A DNA stretch of 64,000 nucleotides from the human T2T-CHM13v2.0 reference genome, Homo sapiens: the NCBI RefSeq assembly GCF_009914755.1, contig NC_060935.1; one strand, given 5' to 3'. Shown here in pieces: positions 59,816-64,000 of the stretch (the stretch's first letter is position 1; each line of letters begins with the position of its first letter). The notes beneath the pieces were generated by a model. That model saw only the letters and a program-made list of their open reading frames with translations. It had not been told where the DNA came from and made no database searches. A program made the position numbers and the translations under genes.

Positions 59816-60784
59816 TCACTGCTCCAATCTGCTTCCCGACAGCTCCAGGATTTCCTCAGGAAGCTGCCCTCCACCTTCATCCACCTCAGACGCGTCCTGC
59901 AGAGCCCTCTGGAGAACCAGCTTCAGGTTCTGCCTATTTTGACGCTGCCTAAAGGAGCCCACGAAGAAGTAAATGATGGGGTTGGCACTGCTGTTAAGAG
60001 CGGACAGGAAAATAGAAACTAGATGAACATGACAAAATAAGACTTCCCTGTCCACGTGGATCCATAAAAATAGGAAAAACTGAATGCCAAAGGGCAGGCC
60101 ACAGAGGAGGAAGACCAGTACTGTGAGCAGGATGGTCACGTACAGCCTGGTCAGCGGTATCTTCCGGGATCCACAGAGAATCCTGATCAGCAGGACCAGG
60201 CTGGACCCACAGAGAACCACACATAAAAAAATCAGCCACGCGACTGTGATGAAATCTGATGTTTGACACCAAGCAGAATCAGCACCACTGAACAGGAAGC
60301 CACATAACATCCACTCCAGGATGCTCCGCAGCAGGGACAGGGCCCAGAGCAGGACACACACCACCGCTGACAGGTGTGTGGGGCGGTGGCAGCGGTACCA
60401 GATGGGCCACAGGACGGACAGGCAGCGCTCGGTGCTCACGGCACTCAGAAAGCTCAGGCCTGCAAAGTAGGAAAACATCATCACAGGATAGAGGATTTTA
60501 GAGATGGTATGGGGGATACTGATGAAGCTTAACAGGGAATATATAAGGCGGCCGCTGAGGAAGAGGAAGTCTGCTGCGGCCAAGTTGAGGATGTAGATGG
60601 AGAAGGCGTTCCTGCGCATGCGGCAGCCCAGGAGCCAGAGCACAACCGCGTTTCCTGTCAGCCCGACAAGGGAAACGATGCACGTCAGCACCGTGAGGCT
60701 CAAGGTCTGCTTGTAGCAAAGAGTCTCCTCAGTTCCGTTGATTGGTGTCAGTTCTGTGTCCAAGGTTGAGATGGTTGGATCCAT
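59816..60784 (-). CDS. MRGPRX1: Mas-related G protein-coupled receptor member X1 (322 aa, 7TM, single coding exon)
   Basis: Intact [29 protein letters not shown]...[10 protein letters not shown] with MRGPR motifs [34 protein letters not shown] and [13 protein letters not shown]. Matches human MRGPRX1 as recalled. Confidence 0.97.
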   Translation of the reverse strand: MDPTISTLDTELTPINGTEETLCYKQTLSLTVLTCIVSLVGLTGNAVVLWLLGCRMRRNAFSIYILNLAAADFLFLSGRLIYSLLSFISIPHTISKILYPVMMFSYFAGLSFLSAVSTERCLSVLWPIWYRCHRPTHLSAVVCVLLWALSLLRSILEWMLCGFLFSGADSAWCQTSDFITVAWLIFLCVVLCGSSLVLLIRILCGSRKIPLTRLYVTILLTVLVFLLCGLPFGIQFFLFLWIHVDREVLFCHVHLVSIFLSALNSSANPIIYFFVGSFRQRQNRQNLKLVLQRALQDASEVDEGGGQLPEEILELSGSRLEQ

Positions 60785-60809
60785 GCTCAGAAACCCTAGT
60801 CTGGTGACC

Positions 60810-60822
60810 CTGGAAACAGAAA
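60810..60822 (-). promoter_or_regulatory. Splice acceptor of the MRGPRX1 coding exon (exon starts at 60809, 25 nt before the ATG)
   Basis: Minus strand reads tttctgtttccag|GGTCACCAG. The same AG, 25 nt before the ATG, is kept in both pseudogenes (37421-37422, 13952-13953). The upstream non-coding exon would lie beyond the window. Confidence 0.8.
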
Positions 60823-63354
60823 CCAGTTGTGATCACCAGCTGTATGATCTCTGATTCTCCCCACCACCCTGCCATGTGGGATTTACTTCCTCATTTAAAG
60901 AGGGCAGATCAGAGACTCACAGAGAATAAGTCACCTATCAAAAGGTGGGGGTCCTCAAATCCAGTTTGAAATCCAGTTCTTGTTGACTCTGAAGCCTGAC
61001 CTCTCTCTACTGCCACACAAGTTCTGTGCTGACATGGGAATAACATTAGGATCAAAACACCCCCACTCATCTAGCCAGGGCTGTGGACCCGATGATTACT
61101 CTATCCTGGGCCTGAAATTTTCTCTCAGGGGGAGGAATTCAGATATGCAAAGAGGTGGTTGTGACACCCTCATGACCAGGACTGATCATCCATGGACAGG
61201 AAAGGAGACCATGCATTATGAACCAGAGGAAAATGTGACCTTCGCTAGGATAAGTGTGAAAATGGCTGGGCCTGGTGGGTGAGAAATAACTCAGCATGTC
61301 AGTCATTGCAGACAGGACCACATTTTACATTTTATACTCCTAGTGCCTATTCCATAAGCAGCACACTGTGCTTTTCATATACATTCATTCAATGAATGAA
61401 TGCATGCATGAGAAGCCTAATGGTAATGGTAGATTTGGGTGAAATGGAAAACAAAAATGAAAGCACAATGTAAGTTATTAGAACACCCATGTTTAATTAG
61501 GTACAGAAAATTTCATTCATCAGAATTCTATTTGTGGACAGCTCTATCTGTGTTGAGAAGAATGATTGATGAGTGCCCAAAACCTGAAATTGACCACTGA
61601 TGTGCCTTTAAAATAAGGACTCAGTGTGGCTTTGCCGAACCCCTAGAAGAATTTTGTACACAGTGTTTTGGGTAGGGTGTGGGTCTGAGCTGAATTGCTC
61701 AGCAATAGAACAGAGGAAAGAGTAAGTGAGGGTGAGCCTGAGTGCCACTGCAGCAGGTAATTGAAGTGTGGGAATATCTGTGGGGCACTACTGAGTATTC
61801 TGCTGAGTATACACAATATAAACCTATTTCATTCTTTCTTTCAGGAGATCTTTGGTTCGTTTCTTTGTTGATGCAAACATTTGTATGTGAGGAGTCCATG
61901 AGGCGAAATAGGAGATATGTAGGGCTTGGAGTATAAAGAGAGATATTCATGTAGATTTCAACTGGAGAATGAGGACTGGGTCTAATCTGGGAGAATAAGA
62001 GCAGCTGATGGAGAGTTTATTAGGTATTGTCTGTTTTAATTATCTGAAGAGCCTAGGAGTTAAGAATGAGTATTATTCCCATATGTCAGATAATGCATTG
62101 GAACACAAAAAGAGTGAATTATTCATTCTGGGACTTATATAGTATGAATTTGAGCCCAGCAGGGCTGACTCATGATCCAGTCTTTGAGCAGCCCTTTACA
62201 CCCAGCACGACTCTGTGTCGATTATACATGTTAGAGCGGGTAAAGGAGAGGAGGGATTCTCAAGATTAAATCCAAGTTGGCGGCAAAATTGTGGGTTGAA
62301 AAAAAAAAAAACTAACCTAAACCAACTTCAGATAGAGAGAGAGAAGCAGGTCAAATAGGGAACAAAATAGAGAAGAGTGAAAGCCATTTAGTAACAAATT
62401 CAGGAGTTCCTTTTTGCCTATCAGAGGCCACCTTTGCTCTGGAATCCCGAGAATGCACAGGGACAGGAGGCCTCCAGGTGGAAAGAAGACTCACCCTCCT
62501 CTGGGATTACAGAGGAGCATCAGGAGTGAGTGCATCCATCATGAGCTCTCTTAGAGAGACAAGCTGCCACAGCCTTGCTTGGCCCAAAAAGGAAATGGGA
62601 GGAAAAGGAGAACCTCTGTTATCCACACGCAGGGCACTAAACACATTGTCCCTCTATATTTAGGGTAATGGTGTGTTTGTCTTCCTCATGAAACCTGAAG
62701 CTTCATAACGGCTAGTCATGCCTGTCTTTTCCACTGTGGTATCACCAACATTTAGCATGTGTTCTTTAAAGATCATCTATGGTATTATCTTAATATAACA
62801 TAAGATGAAGCCGAGGCCTAGAGAATTAAAGTGTTTTCATGAGTTCACAACACGAAGAGCAGGCCCAATGCCAGCCCCTGGTCCCTGGAGCCCTGCATGA
62901 GACTTCTGTATGGTTCTCTGCCGCATGATTCATTATTTCAGAGGAGTTCCTGAAAAATCTTGATGTGAGTACAGAATCAGAGACAGAGGCAGAAGAGACT
63001 GCTAGGTTGCCCCAGTGTTCATTTTCCTGTTTGGTCACATAAAAATTCTGAGAGTTTAAAAGCGGCACAAGGACCTACATTCCAGTTTTCCTTGATGCTG
63101 GGTGCCATTTTATGACCAGGTGCTGTTCAGTGAAAGATGCACAAAAGTGATGTAAGCAAGTCCTGGCTCACAGGACCAATAGCAGGAGCAACGCATCTCC
63201 TTTCCTTATTTTTTTTCCATCATGCTGAAATGCTGGTGTGGCTGGGAACCATATAGGATCACAAGTATGAGGGCAACTCTCTAGGGACTCGAGAGTAGCA
63301 GTTTTTGGAATTCTGATGTACGATGCCTTGGAGCTTCCCGCACTGATCTCAAAG

Positions 63355-63723
63355 AGTGTCATTTCTGGGTATTCACAGGGGCTTTCGCATATGGCAGATG
63401 TGTGTGCTGCTACCCCAGCACACACCAAAATCTGCAGATGCTCAATTTCCTTATATAAAATGATGTGATAGTTGTACAAAACCTATGCACTTTCTCCCAG
63501 ATACATTAAATCACTTCTAAGTTACTTAGAATAACTGACAAAATGCAAATGCCATGTAAGTTCTTGTTTTACTGTGTTATTTCAGAAGTAATGACAAGGA
63601 AAAACAAGTTTGTACCTGTTCAGTACATGCACACCTCCGCCATACCCTTATTTTTGGAACAGTTTCCACCTGTGGGTTGTTGAATCTGCAGATTCAGGAC
63701 CTAGTGACCCAGAGGCACCACTG
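63355..63723 (+). mobile_element. MER2 (unit C paralog)
   Basis: Same position and sequence as 16008-16358; ends actg|ta. Confidence 0.8.
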
Positions 63724-64000
63724 TACTTTCTTATTTAAGATATTTCTACTTTGTGTCTTTATGAGAGGGGTCAAACTTGTATTCTAAACAAAAGAAATAT
63801 GTTCTCTTTTTAAAATTACATTTTATTTTCTATGCATTTTTGATGAATGCAAACATTTCTGCATAGAAGTGACAGTAGAGAAAGACATGCCGAACATTAA
63901 AGTAGTCTGAAAGAGCTGAAATGAGACAGGAATCAATCACCTGTAGACAGAGACTGTCCCAGGAATTAGGAGGATATAAGAAGGAGAGAGGGATAGTCTC

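Overview
This is primate DNA, almost certainly the human chr11p15.1 MRGPRX cluster; the 322-aa ORF matches human MRGPRX1 as I recall it. The window holds three diverged tandem copies of a gene unit, all with the gene on the minus strand. Unit A (~2.2-17.8 kb) carries an MRGPRX pseudogene with an MRGPRX2-like N-half and an X1/X3/X4-like C-half. Unit B (~24.0-42.2 kb) carries an MRGPRX3-like pseudogene. Unit C (~43.9 kb to beyond the window end) carries intact MRGPRX1. A short fourth relic of the unit sits at the window start. The rest is transposon-derived: two near/full-length L1PA7/8-type elements, a 5'-deleted paralog of one of them, a twin-primed L1, an L1PA3 inside a Tigger1, five Alus, a HERV-K(HML-2) solo LTR, MaLR/ERVL LTRs, MER2, MIR, L2 and old L1M pieces. 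I found no evidence of a new multi-gene system. The notable observations are: the mosaic and paralog affinities of the two pseudogenes; a poly(A) signal unique to the functional copy; a candidate upstream exon whose donor is intact in A and dead in B; a transposon chronology of the duplications; a complex deletion joining A to B that leaves a poly(A)-less L1 aimed at pseudogene A; an open ORF0-like frame in the full-length L1; and several templated or fold-back repair scars. Repeat subfamily names and paralog protein sequences come from memory, not from a search.
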